Assembly: GCA_963692865.2 (NCBI GenBank)
Contig: OY843592.1
Coordinates: 2,848,001-2,912,000, forward strand
Length of the DNA: 64,000 nt
Reading direction: 5' to 3'
From: a bacterium
GTDB taxonomy: Bacteria; UBA8248
Every line of letters begins with the position of its first letter. The stretch's first letter is position 1. The notes below the pieces were generated by a model that worked only from the letters and a program-made list of their open reading frames with translations, ran no database searches and was not told where the DNA came from. Both the position numbers and the translations under genes were made by a program. Shown piece by piece: positions 49,028-59,370 of this stretch.

Positions 49028-50038
49028 TCAGGAATTGGACACTTCCACGAGGCGCGCCAGAACTTTAGCCGCCTCGCCCGAGTCTATCGCCGAGGCCGCC
49101 TGCGCGACGCCATCTCTCAGATCCCCCGCCCTGTCCGCGGCGATGAGCGCGGCGGCGGCGTTCAAGAGCACGATGTCGCGCCTGGGGCCTTTCTCACCGC
49201 CAAGGACCGCGCGCGTGATATCCGCGTTCTCATCCGGCTCACCGCCCTTCACGGCGTCTGAGTCGGCGCGGTCGAGGCTGGCATCCTCGGGCGTTACGTC
49301 ATACGTCCTGATCTCGCTCCCGTCCCACTCCGAGACGCGCGTGGGGCCGGTGAGCGTCAACTCGTCCATCCCGTCCGACCCGTGCGCGACCAGCGCCTTC
49401 CGGCAGCCCACCTGGCGCAGCACGTCCGCCACCAGTTCGGTGAGTTCCGGCGCATAGACGCCCACCAGCTGGCTCTGGGCGCGCGCGGGGTTCGTGAGCG
49501 GCCCCATGACGTTGAAGATGCTGCGCATGGCGATCTCGCGCCTGGGGCCGATGGCGTGCTTCATCGCGCCGTGCAGCATGGGCGCGAACAGAAAACCCAC
49601 GCCCGCCTCGTCGATGCACTCGCCCACCTTCTCGGGCGAGGCCTCGATGTTCACCCCCAGCGCCTTCAGCACGTCGGCGGCGCCGGATTTGCTCGACACC
49701 GCGCGGTTGCCGTGCTTCGCCACCGGCTGGCCCGCAGCCGCCACGACGAGGGCGGCGCTCGTGCTGATGTTGAAGGTGTGGGCGCCGTCGCCGCCCGTGC
49801 CCACCACGTCGACCACGAAGGGGTGTTTCGTCTTTATCCACGTCGCCTTGGCGCGCATGGAGCGGACGCTGCCGGCGATCTCCTCGGGCGTCTCCCCCGC
49901 CATGCGAAGCGCCACCAGATAGGCGCCGATCTGGGCATGGGTGGCCTCGCCCGTCATGATGAGGTCCATCACCTTCTCCGCCTCATCCGCGCTCAGGTGA
50001 CGGCCTTCCACGAGCTTACCGATGGCTTCCTGAATCAT
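49028..50038 (-). CDS. trpD: anthranilate phosphoribosyltransferase
   Basis: GTGGDG..TFNIST, AKHGNR.VSSKSG.ADVL. Confidence 0.97.
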   Translation of the reverse strand: MIQEAIGKLVEGRHLSADEAEKVMDLIMTGEATHAQIGAYLVALRMAGETPEEIAGSVRSMRAKATWIKTKHPFVVDVVGTGGDGAHTFNISTSAALVVAAAGQPVAKHGNRAVSSKSGAADVLKALGVNIEASPEKVGECIDEAGVGFLFAPMLHGAMKHAIGPRREIAMRSIFNVMGPLTNPARAQSQLVGVYAPELTELVADVLRQVGCRKALVAHGSDGMDELTLTGPTRVSEWDGSEIRTYDVTPEDASLDRADSDAVKGGEPDENADITRAVLGGEKGPRRDIVLLNAAAALIAADRAGDLRDGVAQAASAIDSGEAAKVLARLVEVSNS

Positions 50039-50096
50039 GAACGCAAATCCTCATAAAGTGGTGGGTTCTTCATTCGTTTACATTTTCTCGGGCCAA

Positions 50097-50414
50097 GGGG
50101 CTCTTGAAAAAGTCTGTATACGACCCCTAAGGAAATCTCTCCCCACCCAGGAGAATTACAAATCCACTCCCCCCCTGAGGGTCGGGCTTCCCGAGGGGAA
50201 AGCCCGACAGAAGCCGAGCGGTTTTGGCGAAAGCTGATGCGGTGGGGGGTAAATCGTGTTTTATCGTGCAATTTCAATTATACCCCCCACCGGTTCGCTT
50301 GCGGGCATGCGCCCTTACCTCACCGACTCCCCCACAAGGGGGGAGTGAAGTATCCTATTTCGCCGGTCGGCTCCATACGCCGAACCACGAAAACAGGGGT
50401 TGTTCAACAACCCC
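50097..50414. mobile_element. composite repeat block C (MITE-like, 318 bp)
   Basis: GGGGCTCTTGAAAAA...TTGTTCAACAACCCC ends enclosing an inverted pair of CACTCCCCCC...GGTGGGGGG units. Confidence 0.8.
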
Positions 50415-50500
50415 GAAAGGGGCGATGGACGCCCTCCCCGAAACCATGCGCGCGATACCCGCAAATTCGGGGCTACCATACCGCGTCCGCGCGGCTTCCC

Positions 50501-51085
50501 TCAAGGCCGCTCGACCCCGCCTTCGAGCGCATTCTGGAGCAGCGCCTTGCCCTCGGGCGAGAGAATCGACTCGGGATGAAACTGAACGCCCGCGACTGAC
50601 TTCTCCCGCACCCGAAGCCCCATGATCTCGCCTTCGTCCGTCTCCGCGCAGACTTCGATTTCGGGAGGAACGCTCTCGCGCGCGAGCAGGAGGCTGTGGT
50701 AGCGCGTGGCCGTCATGGGATTCGGAAGTCCGCGAAACACGCCCCGCCCGTCGTGGCGTATCTCCGAGGTTTTTCCGTGCATGATCCGTCCGGCGCGGAC
50801 GATGCCGCCGCCGTAGACCTGCGCGATGGCCTGATGCCCCAGGCACACGCCAAGGATGGGGTATTCCCCCGCGAATCGCTCGACGAGCGGCATCGAGAGT
50901 CCGGCGGATTCGGGCCGCCCCGGCCCCGGGGATATGACGATCAACTCAGGTCCCAGTCCGGCCACGTCGTCGAGCCCGAACCGGTCGTTTCGCCACACCG
51001 TCACCTCCGCGCCGAGTTCGGCGAGGTATTGAACGAGGTTGTAGGTGAACGAGTCGTAATTATCGATCATCAATACGCGCGTCAT
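50501..51085 (-). CDS. trpG: anthranilate synthase component II
   Basis: IDNYDSFTYN, SPGPG, GVCLGHQ, QFHPES. Confidence 0.96.
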   Translation of the reverse strand: MTRVLMIDNYDSFTYNLVQYLAELGAEVTVWRNDRFGLDDVAGLGPELIVISPGPGRPESAGLSMPLVERFAGEYPILGVCLGHQAIAQVYGGGIVRAGRIMHGKTSEIRHDGRGVFRGLPNPMTATRYHSLLLARESVPPEIEVCAETDEGEIMGLRVREKSVAGVQFHPESILSPEGKALLQNALEGGVERP

Positions 51086-51100
51086 GCCGCCTTCTCCGCC

Positions 51101-52621
51101 CTAGGGGAGGCCGCCCCGCGCCACGTCCAGGGCGCGGAGGGAGCCTCGGGCCTTGTTGATGGTTTCCTCGTATTCGAAACCGGGCTTGGAATCCGCCACG
51201 ACGCCCGCCCCCACCTGGAGGTAGAGCCTGCCGCCGCGCGCGTAGAGCGTACGGATGGCGATGCAGGTGTCCATGCTTCCGCCGAAGCCGAAATAGCCCA
51301 CTGCGCCCGAGTAGGGCCCCCGGCGCACCGGCTCCATCCCGTCGATGATCTCCATGGCGCGCACCTTGGGCGCGCCCGAGACGGTGCCCGCCGGGAAGGA
51401 GGCCCTGAGCACGTCGAACGCATCCTTGCCCTCGGCCAGCTCGCCCACCACGTTGCTCACGATGTGCATGACGTGGGAGTAGCGCTCGATCACCATCTGC
51501 TCGGTGACGCGCACCGTGCCGCGCTCGCACACGCGGCCGACGTCGTTGCGGCCCAGATCCACGAGCATGATGTGCTCGGCGCGCTCCTTCTCGTCCGCCA
51601 GCAGCTCCTCCGCCAGCGCCCGATCCTCCGCCTCGTCGCGCCCGCGCCTTCGCGTGCCAGCGATGGGGCGCACCTCGACCCTCTCCCCCTCCAGCCGCAC
51701 GAGCACCTCGGGCGAGGCGCCCACGAGGGTCACGTCGCCGAGCTCCAGGTAAAACATGTAGGGCGAGGGGTTGACCGTCCGCAGCGCCCGGTAGACGGCG
51801 AACGGGTGCACGTCCAGGGCGCTTTCGAGGCGCTGGGAGAGGACGACCTGGATCGCCTCGCCCGCGTGGATGAGTTCCACCGTATCGGCGACGGCCTGCT
51901 CGAACCCCTCCCGCGTGAAAGACGAGTAAAGGCCCGGCATGTTCTCGACGGGGCGTCCGCTCCCGCCATCCTGAGGCGTTTGCTCGGGCTCGTAAGGCGG
52001 GGCGACGGAAGGGCCTCTGAGCTTCTCGATGAGCGCATCGACGCGCGCGCACGCATCCTCGTAGGCGGCCTCCCCGCCGTCATCCGTAATGTGCGCATGG
52101 GCGAGGACGTAAATCTTCTGCGCCGCGTTGTCAAAGATGATGAGCGACTTCGTGATCATGAAAAGCAGTTCGGGCAGTTCGAGATCGTCACGCGCGTTCT
52201 CGGGCAGGCGCTCGATGAAGCGAACCGCGTCGTAGCCCATGCAGCCGATGGCGCCCCCCCAGAACCTCGGCAGGCCTGGAAGGTCGACGGGTATGTAGGG
52301 CTGCATCAACTGCCTGAGCGCGTCGATGGGATCATCGACGATAAACGCTTCGCTCTCCCCCTCCTGCGTGATGCGCACCCGCCTCCCCTTGCTCTCGAAG
52401 ATGAGGTAGGGCTCGCTTCCCAGAAAGGTGTATCTCGCCCACTTCTCCCCGCCCTCCACGCTTTCGAGCAGAAAGGAATGGGAGCCGTCGGCGATTTTCA
52501 GATAGGCCGACACCGGCGTATCGAGATCGGCGAGAATTTCGCGATAGACCGGAATGATGTTGCCCCGCTCGCAGAGAGCGAGGAAAGTTTCCTTGTCCGG
52601 CGCATGTTTATTCGGGTTCAT
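51101..52621 (-). CDS. trpE: anthranilate synthase component I
   Basis: LLES, NPSPYM, PIAGT, EHIMLVDLGRND, GTVSGAPK; ATG 52621 (ORF-track extension runs through the attenuator). Confidence 0.96.
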   Translation of the reverse strand: MNPNKHAPDKETFLALCERGNIIPVYREILADLDTPVSAYLKIADGSHSFLLESVEGGEKWARYTFLGSEPYLIFESKGRRVRITQEGESEAFIVDDPIDALRQLMQPYIPVDLPGLPRFWGGAIGCMGYDAVRFIERLPENARDDLELPELLFMITKSLIIFDNAAQKIYVLAHAHITDDGGEAAYEDACARVDALIEKLRGPSVAPPYEPEQTPQDGGSGRPVENMPGLYSSFTREGFEQAVADTVELIHAGEAIQVVLSQRLESALDVHPFAVYRALRTVNPSPYMFYLELGDVTLVGASPEVLVRLEGERVEVRPIAGTRRRGRDEAEDRALAEELLADEKERAEHIMLVDLGRNDVGRVCERGTVRVTEQMVIERYSHVMHIVSNVVGELAEGKDAFDVLRASFPAGTVSGAPKVRAMEIIDGMEPVRRGPYSGAVGYFGFGGSMDTCIAIRTLYARGGRLYLQVGAGVVADSKPGFEYEETINKARGSLRALDVARGGLP

Positions 52622-52666
52622 CTTTATTCGAGAAGTCGCCTTGTGCGCGACGCCTCTCCTCCATAC

Positions 52667-52703
52667 AAAAAAAGCCACGGGACCAAACAGGCCGCCATGG
52701 CTT
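52667..52703 (-). terminator. trp attenuator terminator
   Basis: AAGCCATGG-CGGCC-TGTTT-GGTC-CCGTGGCTT then T run (7 T total). Confidence 0.85.
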
Positions 52704-52741
52704 GGGGGGGGGTCGATTCCAAAAAATTCAGACAACAGCCC

Positions 52742-52813
52742 TTATGGCGCACCTCCGGATTCGGCGGAGCGTCGCCAGGGCCAAGCCTCCGTGCACCTTT
52801 CTCGCGTTTTCAT
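52742..52813 (-). CDS. trpL: trp leader peptide MKTRERCTEAWPWRRSAESGGAP
   Basis: GGAG RBS, two Trp codons, mutually exclusive hairpins downstream. Confidence 0.8.
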   Translation of the reverse strand: MKTRERCTEAWPWRRSAESGGAP

Positions 52814-52854
52814 CCGCTCCTATCCCCATATAAGAAAATCTTCCTACTCCGAGG

Positions 52855-52884
52855 AAGATACCCAAGTTTGGGAGAAATGGTCAA
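52855..52884 (-). promoter_or_regulatory. putative trp promoter
   Basis: TTGACC-18 bp-TATCTT upstream of leader. Confidence 0.55.
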
Positions 52885-53681
52885 GCGTCGGTTTCCTCGG
52901 GCCCCGGCGCAGCCTCGGGCGGCAGCTTCTCACCGTAGTCCACGCGCACAAGCGCCAGACCCTGGGGAGGCGCGTTGACGCCCGCAAGCGTCCTGCTCCT
53001 GCCAGTGAGCACTTCACGCACGGATTCGGCAGCGCGCTCGCCGCGGCCCACCTCAACGAGGACGCCGGCCAGGTTCCTCACCATGTGGCGCAGGAAACCT
53101 TTCGCCGTCGCCTCGATGAGAACCTCATCGCCCGCGTGCTCCACGCTCAGGCGCTCGAGGCGGCGCACGGTGTCCTCGGGCCTGCCCTTCTCCCGGCAGA
53201 AGCTGGCGAAATCATGCTCGCCCTCCAGCATTTCCGCCGCCTGCCGCATCGCCTCCAAGTCAAGGTGTTTCCGAACGTGCCAGGTGTATGGACTACGGAT
53301 GGCGCTCGGCGAGCGGCGGTTCAAGACGCGGTAGCGGTAGGTCTTGCGAACGGCGTCGAACTGGGCGTGAAAACCGCCCGGCGCCTCCCGGCAATCGAAT
53401 ATCGAGACGTCGCGGCCCATCATGGTGTTCAGGCCGATCCGCACTTTGTAAGGCTCAATATCCGATCTCGTATGAAAGTGCGCCACCTGCCCCCAGGCAT
53501 GGACGCCGGCGTCGGTGCGGCCCGAGCCGATGATGCGTATCGGCTCCCCGCACATCCTCGAAAGCGCGTCTTCTATTTCGCTCTGAACGGTTCTCTGGCC
53601 GGGCTGGGTCTGCCAGCCGTGAAAATTCGCGCCATCGTATTCTATCCACAGGACGAGGCAGCGTGTATTTTCGGCGTTCAT
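52881..53681 (-). CDS. truA: tRNA pseudouridine(38-40) synthase
   Basis: YDG..FHGWQ.Q, GRTDAGVHA, FL.HMVR. Confidence 0.96.
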   Translation of the reverse strand: MNAENTRCLVLWIEYDGANFHGWQTQPGQRTVQSEIEDALSRMCGEPIRIIGSGRTDAGVHAWGQVAHFHTRSDIEPYKVRIGLNTMMGRDVSIFDCREAPGGFHAQFDAVRKTYRYRVLNRRSPSAIRSPYTWHVRKHLDLEAMRQAAEMLEGEHDFASFCREKGRPEDTVRRLERLSVEHAGDEVLIEATAKGFLRHMVRNLAGVLVEVGRGERAAESVREVLTGRSRTLAGVNAPPQGLALVRVDYGEKLPPEAAPGPEETDA

Positions 53682-53684
53682 CGG

Positions 53685-56549
53685 TCAGGCGGAATGTGCG
53701 TTCGAAAGCGTCCCGTTCAGCGCTTCACGCAGGGAAACCCCCGTGGCGGAGGCCTCGATTCCGGCGATCCGCTCGGGCGGACCTTCGGCGAGCAGGTAAC
53801 CGCCCTCCTCCCCACCCTCGGGTCCCAAATCGATGATGTGGTCGGCCGCCTTGATGACGTCGATGTTGTGCTCGATGACGACCACGGTATTGCCCTGATC
53901 GACCAGGCGATGCAGCACGTCCAGCAGCTTTTCGATGTCGGCGAAGTGAAGCCCCGTGGTCGGCTCGTCGAGAATGTACACCGTCCTGCCGGTGGCCCGC
54001 TTGGAGAGTTCTCTGGAGAGCTTGATGCGCTGGGCTTCCCCGCCGCTCAGCGTCGTGGCCGGCTGGCCGAGGCGCAGATAGCCCAGACCCACGTCCTGGA
54101 GCGTCTTCATCTTCCAGCGAATTGCGTTGATGTTCTCGAAAAACGCCAACGCCTCATCCACCGTCATTTCGAGCACCTCAGCGATGTTGCGGCCCTTGTA
54201 GCGGACGTCGAGCGTATCGCGGTTGAAGCGCCTGCCCTGGCATTCCGAGCAGCGAACGAACAGGTCGGGCAAGAAGTGCATCTCGAGCCGGATGTAGCCG
54301 TCTCCCTGGCAAGTCTCGCAGCGTCCGCCCTTGACGTTGAAGCTGAAGCGTCCGGCGAGATAGCCGCGCTTTCGCGCCTCGGGCACCTGGGAGAAAAGGT
54401 TGCGAATCGGGGAGAAAACGCCCGTGTAGGTGGCCGGGTTGCTCCTCGGCGTCCGCCCGATGGGCGATTGATCGATGGCGATAACCTTGTCGATGAGATC
54501 GGCGCCCTCGATGGCATCGTGCGCGCCTGGAGTGGCCAGCGAGCGGTAGATGCGCCGTGAAAGCGCGCGGTAGAGAATCTCGTCCACGAGCGTGCTCTTG
54601 CCGCTGCCGCTCACGCCCGTCACGCATATCAACAAGCCGAGCGGAAAATCGACGTTCACGTTCTTGAGATTGTGCTGCCGCGCCCCCCGGATGGAGATGC
54701 GGTCCGCACCCGGCGCCCTGCGCTGCTCTGGGCGGGGGATGTCGAGTTCCCCCGTGAGGTACCGCCCCGTCAGCGAAGCGGTGCTCGAGCGGATATCGCC
54801 AGGCGCGCCGCAGGCCACGAGGTACCCGCCATGCTCGCCAGCGCCGGGACCCAGATCCACCACGTAGTCGGCCGATTCGATGGTCTCGCGGTCGTGTTCG
54901 ACGACGATGATGGTGTTGCCCATGTCGCGCAGGCGGCGCAGCGTATCCAGAAGGCGGCGGTTGTCGCGCTGGTGCAGGCCGATGCTCGGTTCATCGAGTA
55001 CGTACAAGACGCCCACCAGAGAGGTTCCGATCTGGCTCGCCAGCCGGATCCGCTGGCCCTCGCCTCCGGCGAGCGTACCCGAGGGCCTCTCCAGCGTGAG
55101 GTAGTTCAGCCCCACTTTTTCGAGGAACTCGAGGCGCTCGATGATTTCCTTCAAAATCCGCTCCGCAACGAGGTCGCCCCCGTCCGAGCCGTTTTTCTCT
55201 TCAAAAAAGGCGCGCAAGTGTTTGATGCTCATGGCGGAGATTTCGGCGATGCTCTTTCCGCCGTAAGTGACGGCGAGGCTTTCGGGCTTCAGGCGGCCTC
55301 CCCCGCAGGCCTCGCACGGCATGACGCTCATGTATTTTTCCAGGTTCGCCCGCATCCCGTCGCTCACCGTCTTCTCCATACGCTCGGCGAGCGCGGGCAC
55401 GACGCCCGGGAAAACGCGCTCGCGCCTGAGCGTGCGCCGCCCCGTCTTGTGGCGGATCTTCAGCTTCCCTCCCCTGCTCCCGTAAAACAGGATGTTCTTG
55501 TGCCTCTTGGAGAGTCTGGCGAAGGGCCTGTCCGCCGGAATTTTTTCGGCCTCGATGACCGCACGCAGGGCGGAGGCCAGAAAGCTCTTGCTCCCCGCGA
55601 GGGGGGCGATGGCGCCCTCATCGAGCGTGAGCTTGGGATCGGGGACGATTTTCGCCTCATCCATGCGGTGAACCGCGCCCAGACCATTGCACTCGGCGCA
55701 CGCGCCGTAGGGGCTGTTGAAAGAGAACATGCGCGGCGCCATTTCGGGGATGTTCACGCCGCATTCCGCGCAGGTGCACTCTTCGCTGAAGAGGTACTCG
55801 GTGCCGTCGTCTTCGAGGAAAATCACCAGCCCTTTCGCGAGACCCAGAGCCGTTTCGATGGATTCGCCAAGGCGGTTCTCGATGCCTGCGCGCAGGACGA
55901 CGTGATCCACCACCACCTCGATGTTGTGCGTCATGTGGCGGTTGAGCGATATCTCATCGCCGAGACGGAAAAACCGCCCGTCCACGCGCACTCTCAGGTA
56001 TCCCTTGCGCTCCAGATCTTCGAACTCCTTGCGGTAAATTCCCTTTCGGCCCCGCACGATGGGAGCGAGGATTTCGAGTTCCTTATCCTTCCCCAGGCTC
56101 ATCGCCCGGCTCACCATCTGCTCCACGTTCAAGGCGTTCATGGATTGCCCGCACGAGGGGCAGTGCGGGAGACCCAGGCGGGCGTAGAGAAGCCGCAGGT
56201 GATCGTAGATCTCCGTCACGGTGCCGACGGTCGAACGCGGGTTCTTGCTCACCGTCTTCTGTTCGATGGCGATGGTGGGCGAGAGGCCTTCGATGGAGTC
56301 GACGTCGGGCTTCCCGATCTGGTCGATGAACTGGCGCGCGTAGGCGGAAAGCGATTCGATATAGCGCCGCTGCCCCTCTCCGTAGAGGGTATCGAAGGCG
56401 AGGGAACTCTTGCCCGAACCGCTCAGGCCCGTGATGACGATGAGCCTGTCGCGCGGCATGTCGAGATTCAAGTCCTTGAGGTTGTGCTCGCGCGCACCCC
56501 GGACCCGGATTTTTCTCTCCCGCCGCGTTCTTCCGTTCAGGGACGACAT
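53685..56549 (-). CDS. uvrA: excinuclease ABC subunit A
   Basis: GAREHNLK, two Walker A motifs, zinc fingers, LSGGEAQR; ATG 56549 or GTG 56558. Confidence 0.98.
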   Translation of the reverse strand: MSSLNGRTRRERKIRVRGAREHNLKDLNLDMPRDRLIVITGLSGSGKSSLAFDTLYGEGQRRYIESLSAYARQFIDQIGKPDVDSIEGLSPTIAIEQKTVSKNPRSTVGTVTEIYDHLRLLYARLGLPHCPSCGQSMNALNVEQMVSRAMSLGKDKELEILAPIVRGRKGIYRKEFEDLERKGYLRVRVDGRFFRLGDEISLNRHMTHNIEVVVDHVVLRAGIENRLGESIETALGLAKGLVIFLEDDGTEYLFSEECTCAECGVNIPEMAPRMFSFNSPYGACAECNGLGAVHRMDEAKIVPDPKLTLDEGAIAPLAGSKSFLASALRAVIEAEKIPADRPFARLSKRHKNILFYGSRGGKLKIRHKTGRRTLRRERVFPGVVPALAERMEKTVSDGMRANLEKYMSVMPCEACGGGRLKPESLAVTYGGKSIAEISAMSIKHLRAFFEEKNGSDGGDLVAERILKEIIERLEFLEKVGLNYLTLERPSGTLAGGEGQRIRLASQIGTSLVGVLYVLDEPSIGLHQRDNRRLLDTLRRLRDMGNTIIVVEHDRETIESADYVVDLGPGAGEHGGYLVACGAPGDIRSSTASLTGRYLTGELDIPRPEQRRAPGADRISIRGARQHNLKNVNVDFPLGLLICVTGVSGSGKSTLVDEILYRALSRRIYRSLATPGAHDAIEGADLIDKVIAIDQSPIGRTPRSNPATYTGVFSPIRNLFSQVPEARKRGYLAGRFSFNVKGGRCETCQGDGYIRLEMHFLPDLFVRCSECQGRRFNRDTLDVRYKGRNIAEVLEMTVDEALAFFENINAIRWKMKTLQDVGLGYLRLGQPATTLSGGEAQRIKLSRELSKRATGRTVYILDEPTTGLHFADIEKLLDVLHRLVDQGNTVVVIEHNIDVIKAADHIIDLGPEGGEEGGYLLAEGPPERIAGIEASATGVSLREALNGTLSNAHSA

Positions 56550-56566
56550 GCGGGGCACCCGAATAC

Positions 56567-57145
56567 GGGGTTGTTGGAAAAGCCCTGATTTCGCGGTTCA
56601 CCGTATCTAACCGACCGACGGAGGGAAGGAATCACTCTCCCCTTGAGGGTCGGGCTTCCCGAGGGGAAAGCCCGACGAAGAGCTGAGGGCGTAAGCCCGA
56701 AAGCGATTCGGTGGGGGGTATAACTCGGAATGGCAATATAACGCATTTTACCCCCCACCGATTCAGCCTTCGCACAACCCGCTCGGCTTCATCGACTCCC
56801 CCTCAAGGGGGGAGTGAAATTCAGCACACTCCCTTTGTGAGACTTTTTCAACAGCCCCGTCAAGGGGGGTTGCCTTTACCTCTCAGGGACTTTTTCATCG
56901 GGCATTCCCCTCGGGATGCCCGACCCCTCAAGGGGGGAGTGAAATCAAAAGCGTGCGCGCAACTCAAAATTGCTTCCCGGGGGTTTTTCAACAGGCCCAT
57001 ATATGTCCGACCTACACACCCTCTTCGAACGGCGACCGTAGGGGCGGACCCATGTGTCCGCCCGTCTTTCAGAGGGGCTTTTCGCGTTTACCCCCCTGAC
57101 AGGGGGGCAAGGGGGTCGCCTTTGCAGGGCTTATTCCACAACCCC
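56567..57145. mobile_element. composite repeat block D
   Basis: 56567-56858 is an inverted-orientation relative of block C; extra termini at 56984-56998 and 57131-57145; GTAG REPs. Confidence 0.82.
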
Positions 57146-57195
57146 ATGTCCTCTCCAGTCGCGCGGGGCCTCCCGAAGGCGAGGCGATGAGCGGG

Positions 57196-57969
57196 CTAGT
57201 AAAAGATGAGCCCGCCCGTCACGTTGATGTCCTGGGCGGTCATGTGAGCGGCCTCCTCGGAAGCCAGAAAAACGCACAAAGCGGCGTGATCCTCCGCATC
57301 GACGAGCGTCTTCAAGGCCGCCGGCGCGGTGAAAGTCGCTTTCGCCTCCTCGAAAGTGGTGTCGAAACTCTGCGCCATGTTCTCGATGACGTTGTCGATC
57401 CTAGGTCCGGAGGTGGCGCCCGGGCATACCGCGTTCACCGTGACGCCGTACTCGCCGAGTTCGAACGCGAGGGTGCGCGTCAGGCCGATGACCGCCATCT
57501 TCGACGCCGTATACGGCGTGCGGTTCGGCAGGGGCCGCTTGCCGCTCATCGAACTGATGTTGAGGATGCGACCGTACCTGTTCTTCTTCATCGTGGGGAT
57601 GACGTGCTTGGTCATGAGGAACGTGCCCGTTACGTTCACGTCGAAGCACTCCTCCCAATCCTCGCGCGTCACGTCCTCGCACGCCTTGGTGGGACCCGCG
57701 ACGCCGGAGTTGTTCACCAGAATGTCGATGGTCCCGAACCCGGCGAGCGTCTTCTCGACGAGAGCCTGAATCGCAGCCTCGTCCGTCAAGTCCGTGGGCA
57801 CGACGAGGGAGGAACCCTCGGGCATCTCGGCGGCGGTGGCCTCCAGATTCGCATGCGTGCGCGCGGCGAGCACGACCTTGGCTCCTTCGCGCGCGAACGT
57901 CTTCGCGATGACCTTTCCGATTCCCTGCCCCGCCCCGGTTACGATGGCGACTTTATCCTTCAAACGCAT
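57196..57969 (-). CDS. SDR-family oxidoreductase
   Basis: TGAGQGIG, NNSG, YTASK. Confidence 0.93.
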   Translation of the reverse strand: MRLKDKVAIVTGAGQGIGKVIAKTFAREGAKVVLAARTHANLEATAAEMPEGSSLVVPTDLTDEAAIQALVEKTLAGFGTIDILVNNSGVAGPTKACEDVTREDWEECFDVNVTGTFLMTKHVIPTMKKNRYGRILNISSMSGKRPLPNRTPYTASKMAVIGLTRTLAFELGEYGVTVNAVCPGATSGPRIDNVIENMAQSFDTTFEEAKATFTAPAALKTLVDAEDHAALCVFLASEEAAHMTAQDINVTGGLIFY

Positions 57970-58012
57970 TTTCAGGCTTCTCCAGTTTATCCGAATAAGA
58001 GTGGATGAATTT

Positions 58013-58435
58013 TCATTCCACCGCAGGCAGTTCCGCTCCCGGGAACCAATAGCCCAGCTCGAAGGCGGCGGTATCGGGCGCGTCGGAGCCGTGCGTGGAG
58101 TTGCGCTCGATGCTCTCGCCCAATTCCGCGCGAATCGTTCCCGGCCCGGCCTCGGCGGGGTTCGTAGCGCCCATCACGTCACGCCAGCGTCTGATGGCGT
58201 CGGTGCGCTCCAGGGCAAGCACCACCGTGCGCCCTGAGGACATGAACGTCGTGAGATCGCCGAAGAAGGGGCGCTCCCTGTGGACGGCGTAAAAACCCTC
58301 CGCCTGCGCTTTCGACATGTGGACGAGCTTCATGCCCAGAACCTCGAAACCCTCCTCCTCGATGCGCGAGAGAATCTTGCCGCTCAAGCCGCGCGCCGTG
58401 GCGTCGGGTTTAATCATTGCAAACGTGCGTTCCAT
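58013..58435 (-). CDS. ndk: nucleoside diphosphate kinase
   Basis: [22 protein letters not shown]. Confidence 0.97.
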   Translation of the reverse strand: MERTFAMIKPDATARGLSGKILSRIEEEGFEVLGMKLVHMSKAQAEGFYAVHRERPFFGDLTTFMSSGRTVVLALERTDAIRRWRDVMGATNPAEAGPGTIRAELGESIERNSTHGSDAPDTAAFELGYWFPGAELPAVE

Positions 58436-58462
58436 GTGCTCTTTCCCTTTCTAAGTGTAGCG

Positions 58463-59359
58463 TTATGTCCTGCCCAGCGCCTTCGCCATGGTGAGGCCCA
58501 TCTCGGCCGGGCTTTCGGTAACGTGAATGCCGCATTCGGACATGACCCGCATCTTCTCGGCAGCTGTGCCCTCACCACCGGAGATAATCGCGCCCGCGTG
58601 GCCCATGCGCCTGCCCGGAGGCGCCGTCTGGCCCGCGATGAAACCCACGAGCGGCTTGGTGACGTTCTCTTTCGCCCAGAGCGCCGCGTCCTGCTCAGCT
58701 GTGCCGCCGATTTCGCCGATCAGGATGATGGCCTCGGTCTGCGGATCGTCCTCGAACATGCGCAGGAGTTCGATATACATCGTACCGATAATGGGGTCGC
58801 CGCCGATGCCCACACAGGTGCTCTGCCCCAGTTCCTGCTCGGTGAGCTGGGCGACGACCTCGTAGGTGAGCGTACCGCTCTTCGAAATGACGCCGATGGC
58901 GCCTTCTCCGTGGATGTGGCCCGGCATGATGCCCATTTTGCAGCCGCCTGGCGTGATGACGCCCGGACAGTTGGGGCCGATTAGCACCGCGCCGCTATCT
59001 TCCATGTGGCGTTTCACGTATACCATGTCGCGCACGGGGATGCCCTCTGTTATGCACACTATAAGCGGGAGACCGGCGTCCACGGCTTCCACAATGGCGT
59101 CCGCCGCAAATGGGGGCGGAACGAAGATGAGCGAGGCGTTCGCTCCCGTCTCGCGCACCGCATCGGCCACCGTGTTGAACACGGGCACACCGTCCGCCTC
59201 CTGCCCGCCCTTGCCGGGCGTTACGCCCGCCACCACCGCGCCGCCGCCTCCAGCAAACTCGCGGCTGTATTTCTGGCACTGCCCGGCGTGAAAGCCTCCC
59301 TCGCGGCCGGTGATGCCCTGCACGAGGATGCGCGTCTCCTTGTCTACCAGAATACTCAA
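58463..59359 (-). CDS. sucD: succinyl-CoA synthetase alpha
   Basis: QGITG, GPNCPG, GEIGG, RMGHAGA. Confidence 0.97.
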   Translation of the reverse strand: MSILVDKETRILVQGITGREGGFHAGQCQKYSREFAGGGGAVVAGVTPGKGGQEADGVPVFNTVADAVRETGANASLIFVPPPFAADAIVEAVDAGLPLIVCITEGIPVRDMVYVKRHMEDSGAVLIGPNCPGVITPGGCKMGIMPGHIHGEGAIGVISKSGTLTYEVVAQLTEQELGQSTCVGIGGDPIIGTMYIELLRMFEDDPQTEAIILIGEIGGTAEQDAALWAKENVTKPLVGFIAGQTAPPGRRMGHAGAIISGGEGTAAEKMRVMSECGIHVTESPAEMGLTMAKALGRT

Positions 59360-59370
59360 AACCAGACCCC

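Noticed and set aside
50696-56588. 760, 668 and 638-aa + strand ORFs
   Set aside because: Antisense shadows of trpG/trpE, truA and uvrA
45958-57190. Short ORFs inside repeat blocks (45958, 48504, 48632, 50035, 50237, 56537, 56711)
   Set aside because: Translations of REP modules (e.g. WIPACAGMT recurring); no RBS or coding signature
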